A stretch of 64,000 nucleotides of DNA, taken from contig JBMFTB010000001.1 of the NCBI GenBank assembly GCA_049967255.1, forward strand, positions 17,017 to 81,016, in the 5' to 3' direction. This document shows positions 1 to 10,283 of the stretch, in pieces (position 1 is the first letter of the stretch; each line of letters begins with the position of its first letter). Both the position numbers and the translations under genes were made by a program. Source of the DNA: Thermoplasmata archaeon. Its GTDB lineage: Archaea > Thermoplasmatota > Thermoplasmata > Thermoplasmatales > ARK-15. The notes under the pieces were generated by a model. That model made no database searches, had not been told where the DNA came from, and saw only the letters and a program-made list of their open reading frames with translations.

Positions 1-1524
1 TTGTCAGAGGATGTTGGTTACAGTTTTGAACTTTTAATAGATACTATGAAAAATAGGGCAAATGTGTTGAGGGAGGAGCCAATTATTGTTAAAAAGAAAA
101 GTGGAGTGAAAATAGAAATTAGCTTAAAGGGCAAATACACTAAAGGGAGACAGAGCGTTATTGATTATTTACAGAATACAGCAATTGTAAATCCGCATGC
201 TACAATAATCTTCAATGATCCAGATGGTTTAAAAATAAAATACGAACGTGTGTGGGATCAACCAATAGAACCACCTAAGGAAACAAAGCCTCATCCATTA
301 GGTGTTGAAATAGGGGAAATAATGAAAATGGTATCACAGACAAACGCAAAAAAAGTTTCAACATTTTTATGTTCTGAATTCAGCAGGATTAGTACAAATC
401 TTTCCATAGAAATATGCAAAAAAGCCGGAATAGATCCAAACAAAGATCCAAAAAAATTAAGCTTGAAAGAATTTAAGGCTCTTCAGGATTCTTTTAAAAA
501 TGTAAAAATCCTTCCACCTTCGCCTGAGTCTCTGTCTCCAATAGGCGAAACCTTGATTAAAAAAGGGTTGAAAAATGTTTTAGGTGAGTTGAAGCCAAGT
601 TTTTATTCTATTCCAGTCACAAGAAACCCCTCTGTTTATGGTGGTAATCCTTTTGTTGTTGAAGCAGGTCTCGTTTATGGTGGAAATATACCGCAGGACG
701 AACCTGTTAAAATATTAAGGTTTGCAAACAGAGTTCCTCTGCTTTATCAGGCAGGATCTTGTGCATTGACCAAGGCAGTTGAAAACCTGGACTGGAGGAA
801 GTACGGTCTTGAGCAAAGGGGTGGACAGGGTATACCTGTAGGTCCCATGATCATACTCATTCACATTGGCTCAACAAGGGTTCCTTATACATCCGAGGCA
901 AAGGAGGCTATTTCAGAAATACCCGAAATAATTAATGAGCTCGATCTCGCATTAAAGGAATCAGCCAGGCAAATAAGAACATTTTTGATTAAAAAAGAAG
1001 TAAAGAACAAGCTAACGGAAAAGTTTTTTCTTGTCCAAAAAATATTGCCAAGAATTGCTGAAAAGAGTTCCATGATATTGCAAAAGCCTTTGCCGAAGCT
1101 TGAACCTATTATTACAAAAATAATGAATGTTGTATGGGTTGATGAAAAGGTTGAACAGTTTAAGGGATATGCTAGGATAAGGGTCTCAATATCCAATTTT
1201 ACACCTGAAATTAAAAATTTTAATGTATATGGTGATATTTCAGAAGGTAAAATAGATAGGGGATCAATAAAACCCTTTGGAGATTATGATGAAAAGAAAG
1301 ATTACATATTTTGGGAGATCAAAGATTTAAAACCATTAAAGCAGATAGATTTTGAATTTGTTGTTAACGATCTTAAAACTGATTACGGTGAGTCTGTTTA
1401 TTACATAGAAGGTATAGATCCCGTTCATGTTGTAGGGGCTGAACCATTGCCTGGGGACTGGAACATTGAATCGTTAAGATCAATAATAGAGGAAGAGGAG
1501 GAAGAAGAAAATGGAGAAGAGTAG
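1..1524 (+). CDS. top6B: DNA topoisomerase VI subunit B, C-terminal ~507 aa (5' end lies outside the window)
   Basis: ORF is open from the window edge. '[18 protein letters not shown]' H2TH/transducer-type region and acidic tail [11 protein letters not shown]. It overlaps the Spo11-like top6A by 14 nt. Confidence 0.88.
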   Translation: MSEDVGYSFELLIDTMKNRANVLREEPIIVKKKSGVKIEISLKGKYTKGRQSVIDYLQNTAIVNPHATIIFNDPDGLKIKYERVWDQPIEPPKETKPHPLGVEIGEIMKMVSQTNAKKVSTFLCSEFSRISTNLSIEICKKAGIDPNKDPKKLSLKEFKALQDSFKNVKILPPSPESLSPIGETLIKKGLKNVLGELKPSFYSIPVTRNPSVYGGNPFVVEAGLVYGGNIPQDEPVKILRFANRVPLLYQAGSCALTKAVENLDWRKYGLEQRGGQGIPVGPMIILIHIGSTRVPYTSEAKEAISEIPEIINELDLALKESARQIRTFLIKKEVKNKLTEKFFLVQKILPRIAEKSSMILQKPLPKLEPIITKIMNVVWVDEKVEQFKGYARIRVSISNFTPEIKNFNVYGDISEGKIDRGSIKPFGDYDEKKDYIFWEIKDLKPLKQIDFEFVVNDLKTDYGESVYYIEGIDPVHVVGAEPLPGDWNIESLRSIIEEEEEEENGEE

Positions 1525-2602
1525 ATACGAATTGGCATTAGAATCATTGAAAGAATTGGTTCAAAGAATTTACTCACAGATGGAATCTGGTGAAATACCA
1601 TCTATGGAATTACCTGCAAGAACTAAGTATAATATCAAGCTTGATCTTAAATCCGGTGTATGGAAATATGGTGATGCTAAAATATTGAGAACGGCAAAAA
1701 AAATTGATGGAGCATATACACTTCTCAGGACCATGTATATGATGGATTTTATAAGAGAAATGGTAGAGGAAAATAAATCTTCAACCCTCAGGGAACTCTA
1801 TTATATTTCTGAAGGTTGGGATCTTGCCAAATTCCATACCCAGGATGAATCTAACAAGCTCGCTGAGGATCTTGAAATAGTTACAAGATTTCTAAGGGAG
1901 GATTTTAAGCTCAGGCCAGAGGAGGATGGAGCAACAGTAATAGGCAATATTACATTTGAAGAAATGAACAGAAGGGGAAAGCCACAAAAAATAAATTGCA
2001 GGGATGATGTTGGTGATGCCGGTTATGCAATACCTTACAATGTTGAAAATGAAAAACTTAAGATTGTTGATTACGATGCGGACTTTGTACTAGCAATTGA
2101 AACAGGAGGTATGTTTGACAGGCTTGTAGAAAATGGATATGATGAAAAAGCAAGATCAATCCTTGTCCATTTGAAAGGTCAACCAGCTAGAAGCACTAGG
2201 AGGCTTTTAAAAAGATTGAATGAGGAACTTAATTTACCTGTTCTAGTTTTCACCGATGGTGATCCGTGGTCATTCAGAATATATGCAAGTGTTGCATACG
2301 GAGCAATAAAAACGGCGCATCTTTCTGAATACCTGGCAACACCAACTGCAGAATTCATAGGTATTACTTCAAGCGATATTGTGAATTATAATCTGCCCAC
2401 GGACAAACTCAATGACAAGGACATTCAGGCTTTAAATGCTGAACTTACAGATCCAAGATTCAACACTCAGTTCTGGAAGAATGAAATAGAGCTTATGCTA
2501 AAGCTTGGTAAAAAGGCAGAACAACAGGCTCTTGCAAAATATGGTCTGAATTATGTAACGGATGTTTATTTACCTGAAAAGGTATCGGAGCTAGGAATAT
2601 GA
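1511..2602 (+). CDS. top6A: DNA topoisomerase VI subunit A (Spo11 homologue)
   Basis: Catalytic-Tyr context '[11 protein letters not shown]'. Toprim motifs 'LAIETGGMF' and '[12 protein letters not shown]'. Overlaps top6B. Confidence 0.92.
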   Translation: MEKSRYELALESLKELVQRIYSQMESGEIPSMELPARTKYNIKLDLKSGVWKYGDAKILRTAKKIDGAYTLLRTMYMMDFIREMVEENKSSTLRELYYISEGWDLAKFHTQDESNKLAEDLEIVTRFLREDFKLRPEEDGATVIGNITFEEMNRRGKPQKINCRDDVGDAGYAIPYNVENEKLKIVDYDADFVLAIETGGMFDRLVENGYDEKARSILVHLKGQPARSTRRLLKRLNEELNLPVLVFTDGDPWSFRIYASVAYGAIKTAHLSEYLATPTAEFIGITSSDIVNYNLPTDKLNDKDIQALNAELTDPRFNTQFWKNEIELMLKLGKKAEQQALAKYGLNYVTDVYLPEKVSELGI

Positions 2603-4362
2603 AGCCAGGCATGACGAGCCCAGACATATATTCATGGCTTCTTTTAAATGGAAGTTATGTAAAAGGAGCATACGTTAAAAAAGTTAATACAACTGAAAAT
2701 AAAATAATAATCAAGCTTCATAAAAAGGAAGAGGGGAACAGGGATCTTTTTCTAGACCCAGATGGGTGGATTTATTTTGGATCTGCAGAAGGTGAGCTAT
2801 CCCAGATTGCTAAATTTCTAAGAGAAGAGCTTGAAAATTTAAGAATTGAAAATATTGAACAGCTTAATTTCGATAGAATAATAAAGATTGATTTTTCATT
2901 CAAAAAATCTATTGTTCTTGAAATGTTTGGAGGCGGTAATGTTATTCTTACAAAAGATAATGTAATAGATTTTGCATTAAAGTACAGGGAATGGAAATCA
3001 AAAACTTTAGAGGAAAAAGCAAGATCTATTAAAAAAGGTGAACCTTACAAAACACCTTTGCCACCTATAAATCCATTTTCATTATCCCTTGATGACCTAA
3101 AAAATTTGCTTAAAGAGAATGAGCAACTGGTAAAAATTCTTGCCTTAAAACTGAATCTCAGCCATTATGCAGAATATATTTGTTCATTAGCTGGCTTGGA
3201 AAAGAACATTCCTGCAAATAAAATTCAGGAAGAAAAGATTTTAATTATTTACAATAAAATCAAGGATTTTCTTGTTTCTTTAAGTGGTAAGGGGTATGTT
3301 TGCAATGGCTCATTGAGTTGTATAAATTTAGGAAATTGCAAAGAATTTGATAATATTAATGATGCAATTATAGAAATTATAGGAAAAAATAAAAAGGAAA
3401 GTGATGAAGAAAGGATACTAAAAGGACAGATGAAAACACTCGATGAATATAAAAGATTGATGGAAGAGTACAAAAAAATGGGTGATGAAATTATCATGCA
3501 CATTGACAAATACAGTGAAATAATAGAAAAAATAAGAAAAAGGGAAAATGTCCCTGAACTCATTTCTTTAAATGGTACAGAAGCATTAATTAAATTAAAT
3601 GATTTAGAAATTCCTTTTAATATAACAAAAAAAGCATCTGAAATGGCCCAATACTATTATGAAAACTCTAAAAAACTCGCTAAAAAAATTGAAGGTATTC
3701 AAAAGGTAATAGGAAAGAAAAAAAAGATTGAAAAAAGGAAGGAAATCATTCAAAGAAAAAGGTTCTGGTTTGAAAAATACAGGTGGTTTATATCATCGGA
3801 GAATGCCATTGTAATCGCAGGGCGTGATGCAAAAACTAATGAAGAAGTTGTTAAAAAATACTTGGGAGAAAAGGATTTTTATGTCCATGCTGACATACAT
3901 GGAGCACCGAGCGTTGTGGTAAAAAATACAGGTATAACAGAGAAAACTCTGATTGAAGCGGGCATATTCGGATTATCATATTCAAAGGCATGGAATGCTG
4001 GATATTCAGTAGGTGATGCATATTGGGTAACATTTTCACAGGTAAGCAAAATGGCTGAGAGCGGTGAATATGTGCCAAGAGGGGCATGGATAATAAGGGG
4101 GAAGAGAAATTATATGAGGAATCTTCCCCTTAGGATTGCATTGGGCTTCATAAAATATGAGGATACGAATATATTAATGGCCGGTCCTGTTGATGCATTA
4201 TCATCAAAAACAAATGATTATGTTGTAATAATACCCAGCGAATCTTCCAAAACAGATCTTGCAAAAAAATTATCTGAAAGGTTTAAACACCCGATTGATG
4301 AACTTATGAAATTATTGCCTCCAGGACCGGGTGAAATAATGGAGGAAAGGCATAATGGATGA
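2599..4362 (+). CDS. NFACT-family protein (FbpA/Rqc2/RqcH-like ribosome quality-control homologue)
   Basis: 587 aa. Central coiled-coil. NFACT-R/DUF814-type block '[49 protein letters not shown]'. ATGA overlap with the top6A stop. Confidence 0.8.
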   Translation: MKPGMTSPDIYSWLLLNGSYVKGAYVKKVNTTENKIIIKLHKKEEGNRDLFLDPDGWIYFGSAEGELSQIAKFLREELENLRIENIEQLNFDRIIKIDFSFKKSIVLEMFGGGNVILTKDNVIDFALKYREWKSKTLEEKARSIKKGEPYKTPLPPINPFSLSLDDLKNLLKENEQLVKILALKLNLSHYAEYICSLAGLEKNIPANKIQEEKILIIYNKIKDFLVSLSGKGYVCNGSLSCINLGNCKEFDNINDAIIEIIGKNKKESDEERILKGQMKTLDEYKRLMEEYKKMGDEIIMHIDKYSEIIEKIRKRENVPELISLNGTEALIKLNDLEIPFNITKKASEMAQYYYENSKKLAKKIEGIQKVIGKKKKIEKRKEIIQRKRFWFEKYRWFISSENAIVIAGRDAKTNEEVVKKYLGEKDFYVHADIHGAPSVVVKNTGITEKTLIEAGIFGLSYSKAWNAGYSVGDAYWVTFSQVSKMAESGEYVPRGAWIIRGKRNYMRNLPLRIALGFIKYEDTNILMAGPVDALSSKTNDYVVIIPSESSKTDLAKKLSERFKHPIDELMKLLPPGPGEIMEERHNG

Positions 4363-5137
4363 AATTCCAATAAGCCTAGTTATTACTGTAAAAAACGAGG
4401 AAAAACATATTTCAGAATTGATGGAATCAATTCTTATACAGGAAAGACCATTTGAGGTAATTGTAGTAGATTCTGAAAGTGATGATGGCACAGTTGAAAT
4501 TCTGAAAAATTTTATAGACAAAATAGATTTAAAAATAATAGAAATAAAATGCACAAGAGGGGCTGGTAGAAACATTGGAGTTAAAAATTCAAAATTTGAT
4601 TTTATACTATTTACAGATGGGGATGCTGTTCTTGACAGAAATTGGATCAGTGAAATGAGAAAATCTTTTATCGAGGGCAACGACGTGGTAGCAGGAAAAA
4701 CAATTACAATTGGCAATAAAAAATTCTCAAATTTTGAAAGGGTTGAACTTTATTACAAAAATTTTGACGTTACATTTCCATCATGCAATCTTGGCTATAG
4801 AAAAGAATTTTTTGAAAGTCTTGGTGGTTTTGATGAAAATTTCATAACAGCTGAAGACATTGACTTGAATTTCAGGGCATTGAATAAGGGTGCAAAATTC
4901 CATTATAATGAAAATGCAATCGTTTATAATAGAACGAGGGAAGATGTAATATCTTTTTTCAAGCAGGCCTTTTGGAACGGTTATGGTAGGAAACAACTCA
5001 GCAAGAAGCATGGAAACCTATGGAAAAGGTACTCATTGAAAAACATGTTCTCCAAAAAACAATTGAATTTTTTTGGAATATCAAGACTGGTGTTTGCAAT
5101 ATCGGGATATTTATATGCTAAAATTACATGGCGTTGA
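4355..5137 (+). CDS. family 2 glycosyltransferase
   Basis: 'ISLVITVKNEEKHI..FEVIVVDSESDDGT' and 'FTDGDAV' (GT-A fold, DxD). Confidence 0.8.
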   Translation: MDEIPISLVITVKNEEKHISELMESILIQERPFEVIVVDSESDDGTVEILKNFIDKIDLKIIEIKCTRGAGRNIGVKNSKFDFILFTDGDAVLDRNWISEMRKSFIEGNDVVAGKTITIGNKKFSNFERVELYYKNFDVTFPSCNLGYRKEFFESLGGFDENFITAEDIDLNFRALNKGAKFHYNENAIVYNRTREDVISFFKQAFWNGYGRKQLSKKHGNLWKRYSLKNMFSKKQLNFFGISRLVFAISGYLYAKITWR

Positions 5138-5829
5138 TAATCATGGAAAAACCCCTCATATCGGTTCTGATACCTACGATGAACGAGGAACAGTCAATAG
5201 GCAAGGTAATAGAGAGAATTAAAAAATCTGTCAAATACCCATATGAAATAATTCTCATTGACAATAGCAATGATAGAACACCTGATATTGCCGAATCAAT
5301 GGGTGCGAAAATAATTAGGGAAAGAAGGAAAGGATATGGAAGGGCATACAAAACAGGGTTCAAGAATGTAAATGGTGAAATTGTTGTGACCCTTGATGGT
5401 GATAATACATACCCGCCTGAGGTAATTAATGATTATGTGGATTATCTCCTTAGAGAAAAAATAGATTTTATTTCTTGTGATAGGATTAGCAATTTACCCA
5501 AGGACGCAATGAGTACTGCCCATAAAATTGGGAATTTTGTTCTTAATATTGCATTTCTGGCTCTTTATTTCAAAAAATTGAAGGATTCACAAAGTGGGAT
5601 GTGGATATTCAGATCGAGCATCATTGAAAATCTTGATTTATGCTCAAATGGTATGGCTTTTTCAGAGGAGTTAAAATTAGAGGCATGGTCCAAGTTCAAG
5701 GCTGTTGAACTGCCGATAAAATATGGTTTGAGAGAAGGAGAGAAAAAATTGCAAACATTTAAGGATGGTATAAAAAATCTTTTGTATCTCATCGAGAGAA
5801 GATTTAAAAAATGCCATGGTATCGATTAA
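5128..5829 (+). CDS. family 2 glycosyltransferase, dolichyl-phosphate sugar synthase-like
   Basis: 'ISVLIPTMNEEQSIGKVIERI', 'IILIDNSNDRTPDIA' and 'LDGDNTYP'. Overlaps the preceding GT2 gene. Confidence 0.8.
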   Translation: MALIIMEKPLISVLIPTMNEEQSIGKVIERIKKSVKYPYEIILIDNSNDRTPDIAESMGAKIIRERRKGYGRAYKTGFKNVNGEIVVTLDGDNTYPPEVINDYVDYLLREKIDFISCDRISNLPKDAMSTAHKIGNFVLNIAFLALYFKKLKDSQSGMWIFRSSIIENLDLCSNGMAFSEELKLEAWSKFKAVELPIKYGLREGEKKLQTFKDGIKNLLYLIERRFKKCHGID

Positions 5830-5860
5830 TTTATTTTATCTAATTGCATTTACTTAAAAT

Positions 5861-7333
5861 ATGAGAGCTTTAATATCTGTTTCTGACAGACGAAATATTG
5901 ATTCATTTGCTAGAGAACTTTTGAATTTAAATGTTGAAATATATGCAACATCTGGCACAATGAATTATCTAAAATCTAAAGGAATAGATGTTAGGAGCAT
6001 TGAAGAGCTTACAAATTTTCCAGAAATACTCTCGGGAAGAGTAAAGACCCTCCATCCAAAAATTTTTGGGGGTATTCTTGCAAAAAGAACACAGATTGAT
6101 GAAATTGAAAGATTAAACATTAAGAAAATAGATATTGTGGTTGTTAATTTGTATCCATTTGAAACAACTGAAAAAGTTGAGGATAAGCTTATAGAGAACA
6201 TTGATATAGGCGGTGTATCATTGATAAGGGCTGCGGCAAAGAATTTTGAATCTGTTACCGTTGTTGTTGATCCAGATGATTATGAAAAGGTTTTAAAAAA
6301 TCTAAGGGATAAAAATGAAATACCAGTTGATTTAAGAAGAAAATTAGCAATAAAATCCTTTTATTACACTGCCAGGTATGATTCTATCATTTATAGAACA
6401 TTATGGGAATTATACAATGAATTACCGTATGAAAATTTAATATTCCATGGGAAGGGATTAGAGGAATTGCGCTATGGTGAAAATCCACAGAATATAGCAA
6501 AATTTTATTCAGATTCAAAGACATGGGAATACATACAGGGAAAGGAAATTTCTTTTAACAACATTCTTGATCTTGATTCGGCCTGGAAGGTTGTTTCTGA
6601 ATTTGATAATCCGGCTGTTGCAATAATAAAACATACAAACCCATGCGGTGTTGCTGAGAAAATGGAAATAATAGATGCATATAGAAAAGCACTTGATTCT
6701 GATCCATTGTCATCATACGGTGGCATTGTTGGCTCAAATAGACCTGTGAATCTTGAATTTGCGAAAGAGCTAAAGGGTAATTTTTATGAGGTTTTGGTGG
6801 CACCTGGATATAGCAATGATGCAATAGAATATTTCAAAAGAAACAAAAAGAACATGCGTGTTATAAAAATAATAAAAAATGCTGAAAATTTTGAAATAAG
6901 GAGTGCTGCTGGCGGATTTTTATATCAGAGATTCGGGGATCAAAAAATTAATTTGGAATTTGTGACAAATAGAAAACCAACTGAAATGGAATTAAATGAT
7001 ATGATGTTTGCCTGGAAAGTGGTAAAGCATGTTAAAAGCAATGCAATTGTTCTTGCAAAGGATTCAGCTACGGTAGGTATTGGAGCGGGGCAGATGAGCA
7101 GGGTGGATTCTGTAAAAATAGCAATAATGAAATCTAACGGTAGGTCAAATGGTTCAGTTCTTGCATCTGATGCATTTTTCCCATTTCCTGATGATGTGGA
7201 GGAAGCTGCAAAGGGTGGTATTAAGGCGATCATTCAACCTGGTGGATCAAAACGGGATCAGGATATAATTGAAATAGCAAATAAATTTGGTATTGCAATG
7301 GTTTTCACTGGTGTTAGAGTATTCAAGCATTAG
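5861..7333 (+). CDS. purH: bifunctional AICAR transformylase / IMP cyclohydrolase
   Basis: N-terminal MGS-like domain 'ALISVSDRRNI..YATSGT' and 'VKTLHPKIFGGIL'. C-terminal AICARFT domain, '..AIIQPGGSKRD', ending 'FTGVRVFKH'. Confidence 0.92.
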   Translation: MRALISVSDRRNIDSFARELLNLNVEIYATSGTMNYLKSKGIDVRSIEELTNFPEILSGRVKTLHPKIFGGILAKRTQIDEIERLNIKKIDIVVVNLYPFETTEKVEDKLIENIDIGGVSLIRAAAKNFESVTVVVDPDDYEKVLKNLRDKNEIPVDLRRKLAIKSFYYTARYDSIIYRTLWELYNELPYENLIFHGKGLEELRYGENPQNIAKFYSDSKTWEYIQGKEISFNNILDLDSAWKVVSEFDNPAVAIIKHTNPCGVAEKMEIIDAYRKALDSDPLSSYGGIVGSNRPVNLEFAKELKGNFYEVLVAPGYSNDAIEYFKRNKKNMRVIKIIKNAENFEIRSAAGGFLYQRFGDQKINLEFVTNRKPTEMELNDMMFAWKVVKHVKSNAIVLAKDSATVGIGAGQMSRVDSVKIAIMKSNGRSNGSVLASDAFFPFPDDVEEAAKGGIKAIIQPGGSKRDQDIIEIANKFGIAMVFTGVRVFKH

Positions 7334-7341
7334 GTGATTTT

Positions 7342-7911
7342 ATGGATATTATTGATGAAATGATTGAAACTGGAAGAAAGATTGGAGAATTAGGGCTGAT
7401 TGAATCTTCCCATAGCGGAAACATGAGTGTCAGGAATAATGAAAAATTTTACATAAAAAAGCATGGGAAAATGTTATTTTCATTGAAAAGGGATGATATT
7501 ATTGAACTGGATTTTAAAAATGAGAATAATTATGATATAGCATCGAGTGAAGTTTATGCCCATAAAAACATCTATTTGAATACTGATGCGAATGCAATAC
7601 TGCATGCACATACGACATACGCAATTGTGCTATCTCTGTTTTATGAAAAGATATATCCTGTTGATGCTGAGGGAAGATTCTATTTGGATTATATTCCAGT
7701 TATTATTTCAGATGATCCTGTTGCATCAAAAGACATTGCTGAAAAGCTTGGAAAAACATTATCGAATCATAGGGTAGCAATAGTAAGGGGTCATGGTACT
7801 TTTTCAACAGGAAAGGATCTGGACGAAGCATTGAAATATCTCACCTTAAGCGAAAGTATTGCTCACTTGAAGTATCTTTATGACCTATACCTTAATATTA
7901 ACAAACGTTGA
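7342..7911 (+). CDS. class II aldolase/adducin-family protein
   Basis: 'SHSGNMSVR' and 'ILHAHTTYAIVLS' metal-binding His pair; 189 aa. Confidence 0.7.
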   Translation: MDIIDEMIETGRKIGELGLIESSHSGNMSVRNNEKFYIKKHGKMLFSLKRDDIIELDFKNENNYDIASSEVYAHKNIYLNTDANAILHAHTTYAIVLSLFYEKIYPVDAEGRFYLDYIPVIISDDPVASKDIAEKLGKTLSNHRVAIVRGHGTFSTGKDLDEALKYLTLSESIAHLKYLYDLYLNINKR

Positions 7912-9723
7912 GTTCAAAGCTGTACCTTTAGAATAATTTTCCTGGATTTTGTCAGTAGTAATAAAATTAACATTCCAGCCATAAATGGAAGGCCAAGAAC
8001 CCTTATAAATGAGTAAAATACCTTCAGGAACAGAATAATCTATTTTTACACTTGTTTTAATTGAACCATACTCATTTTCAATTGTTATTTCATCATTTTC
8101 CCTAATTGAAAAATTTTCAGCATCCTTCGGATTCATTCTCACAAATGTATCAAACATATATAGGTTATTATGCTGACTTGATATGCCCTGAATATGTGTT
8201 AAACTGAGCAATTTGAAACCATTTTTATTTTCAGGTTTAAAATTCTTTAGTTCATCAATGAAATTATCCAAGTTTACTTTTATTTTATTTCTTTTTCTTT
8301 CAATTTTTGCAAATCCATTTTTATAAAATTCATCAATATTTACTTTCAAATCTTCTAGGATTCTTGATATTATGCCCATTTCACTTTCAAAGAGATCATT
8401 ATTCTTTAAGCCAAGTTTCTGTGATAATTTTACAAAAAGATCATGGTTTGAAACAGCATCTCCGGGAGGATCAAATATTTTTTGATTCAAATTTAAATAA
8501 TCATGATAGTATGAATCAACAAGATCATTAAATTCAAAAAAAGAAGCTGCAGGTATTACTACATCTGCAAACATTGCTGTATCAGTTAAAAAAAGATCAT
8601 GAACAACAATAAATATATCTTTTTCAACCAAAATTTTTCTAAGTAGATTCTGATTAGGTAATGATACTAGCGGATTTGTATTATAAACGAAAAGCATTTT
8701 TATATCTAATTTTTCCAATTCCCTACCAAGGTTAGCCTGGTTAACAAGAACCCTATTTTCATTTTTATTCCTTAGATAATCAAAATCTATTTCATGTTTA
8801 GCATCATAGATGAAGTTTTCAGGTTTTCTAAGCGCTATAAGCAGGGATTCTATTGCTTTAACAGTCAGGCCTCCATTACTTTTCCTCTGGAAACCGTATC
8901 CAATGTGAATTATTGGAAATTTTGAATTCATCAGGTCTGATGCAAATTCTTTAATTTCATCTATACCTAAACCCGTTAAATTTGATGCTTTTTCAAGTTC
9001 AAAGTTCGCTGTTATCTGGTTTAATTTATTCAATTTATATCCAAAATTTGAAATATAATTTAAAATGCCTAAAACAAGATAAATATCCGAATCAATTTTT
9101 ATTTTCAAATGTTTTCCTGCTCCTCTTGCAGAATCGGTGATCAAAGGATCAACAACGTATATTTTGGCTCCAGATTTCTTTGCCATGGTCCAACCATGAA
9201 TATTTGTCCAGGCAGGATTAATACCCCAGTAAACAATAAGATCCGAAGAAAAAATATTATCTGGATCGATGCCAGTGGAAGTACCAATGATTTCGTTTAA
9301 TGCATGACCTCCAGCCTCATCGCATACGGAGTGGTTAAGTTTTAATGTTCCAAGGGCATTAAAAAATCTTTGCGGAAAATTATAGGAGATTAATCCCCTG
9401 TTACCGGCATATTCTACAGGAAGTATTTTATCTGGCCCATAATTCTTTAAAATAAATTTAATTTTTTCAGCAACCAGATCAAGTGCATCGTTTAAATCTA
9501 CCTCCTTAAATTTGCCCTCTCCTCTATTTCCTATTCTGATCAGTGACTTTTTTAATCTTTTTTCGGACAGGTGTGCTTCAACGAAATGTTTTGATTTCAG
9601 GCAGAGAAATCCTGATGTAATTGGATGTTTTTTATTACCAAATATTTTTATTCCATCTTCAACTTTGGTGATGATGGAACAGGAATCATAGCAATCCTTA
9701 GGGCAGGATGAAAAGTATTCCAT
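7885..9723 (-). CDS. molybdopterin (MopB-family) oxidoreductase, stand-alone catalytic subunit
   Basis: N-terminal 4Fe-4S motif 'CPKDCYDSCSI..C'; MopB core; C-terminal molybdopterin-dinucleotide-binding beta-barrel. The start is moved to the ATG at 9723. The ORF-track start at 9747 is a GTG inside an A/T-rich promoter-like stretch. Confidence 0.8.
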   Translation of the reverse strand: MEYFSSCPKDCYDSCSIITKVEDGIKIFGNKKHPITSGFLCLKSKHFVEAHLSEKRLKKSLIRIGNRGEGKFKEVDLNDALDLVAEKIKFILKNYGPDKILPVEYAGNRGLISYNFPQRFFNALGTLKLNHSVCDEAGGHALNEIIGTSTGIDPDNIFSSDLIVYWGINPAWTNIHGWTMAKKSGAKIYVVDPLITDSARGAGKHLKIKIDSDIYLVLGILNYISNFGYKLNKLNQITANFELEKASNLTGLGIDEIKEFASDLMNSKFPIIHIGYGFQRKSNGGLTVKAIESLLIALRKPENFIYDAKHEIDFDYLRNKNENRVLVNQANLGRELEKLDIKMLFVYNTNPLVSLPNQNLLRKILVEKDIFIVVHDLFLTDTAMFADVVIPAASFFEFNDLVDSYYHDYLNLNQKIFDPPGDAVSNHDLFVKLSQKLGLKNNDLFESEMGIISRILEDLKVNIDEFYKNGFAKIERKRNKIKVNLDNFIDELKNFKPENKNGFKLLSLTHIQGISSQHNNLYMFDTFVRMNPKDAENFSIRENDEITIENEYGSIKTSVKIDYSVPEGILLIYKGSWPSIYGWNVNFITTDKIQENYSKGTALNSTFVNIKV

Positions 9724-9804
9724 TTTAAAATAATAAAATAATAACACCTTTTAACTTTTTCTGTACAAAAAGATTATAATCAAGTTATAATTTTTAAAGT
9801 ACTG

Positions 9805-10152
9805 ATGGAACTAAATAATATTGCTAAAAAATTGAAAAATGCAGAAGGTAATTATTTAATTAAAATTAAAACGAAAAGAGGACCTATAGATATTGAAAAA
9901 ACTGTATCCAAATATTTTAAGGATATTGGATCAATTCACATAATAAATCACTGGTCACCATATTCAACTACAGGCCTTTTAGAAATTAAATTAGAGAAAT
10001 TAAATATATACATCGAATGGCATATTTCTAAAGAAGATCAAATATTATTTTTTAAAAAAATAGCGTATTATGATGTATCTTCTTTTGATGATTACCTATC
10101 ATCCCTTGGTATAGAAAACTATGTGCTCAGATTGATGAGAATGGAATTTTAA
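9805..10152 (+). CDS. hypothetical protein (115 aa)
   Basis: Clean ORF in an otherwise empty gap. No motif recognised. Confidence 0.4.
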   Translation: MELNNIAKKLKNAEGNYLIKIKTKRGPIDIEKTVSKYFKDIGSIHIINHWSPYSTTGLLEIKLEKLNIYIEWHISKEDQILFFKKIAYYDVSSFDDYLSSLGIENYVLRLMRMEF

Positions 10153-10283
10153 TTTCTTTTAAAAATATGTTACATTACTTATTTAAAATTGAAAAACAAT
10201 AAATATCAAGCTCTGGAAATTAATGTACCAAAACATTTATTAGTTTGATTTTCTATGGATAAATGGCATAAGAGGTAGATCTT

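Noticed and set aside
4312-4716. Long antisense ORFs, e.g. 4312..4716 (-), 14836..15249 (-), 32178..32552 (-), 46662..47045 (+), 11722..12075 (-)
   Set aside because: Each lies fully inside a strongly supported gene on the opposite strand and has a low-complexity, Ser/Ile/Phe-rich translation typical of shadow frames in AT-rich DNA.
9724-9747. GTG-initiated 8-codon extension of the MopB oxidoreductase ('MLLFYYFK')
   Set aside because: The extension is an A/T-rich promoter-like sequence. The conserved N-terminal Cys motif follows the ATG at 9723 directly.
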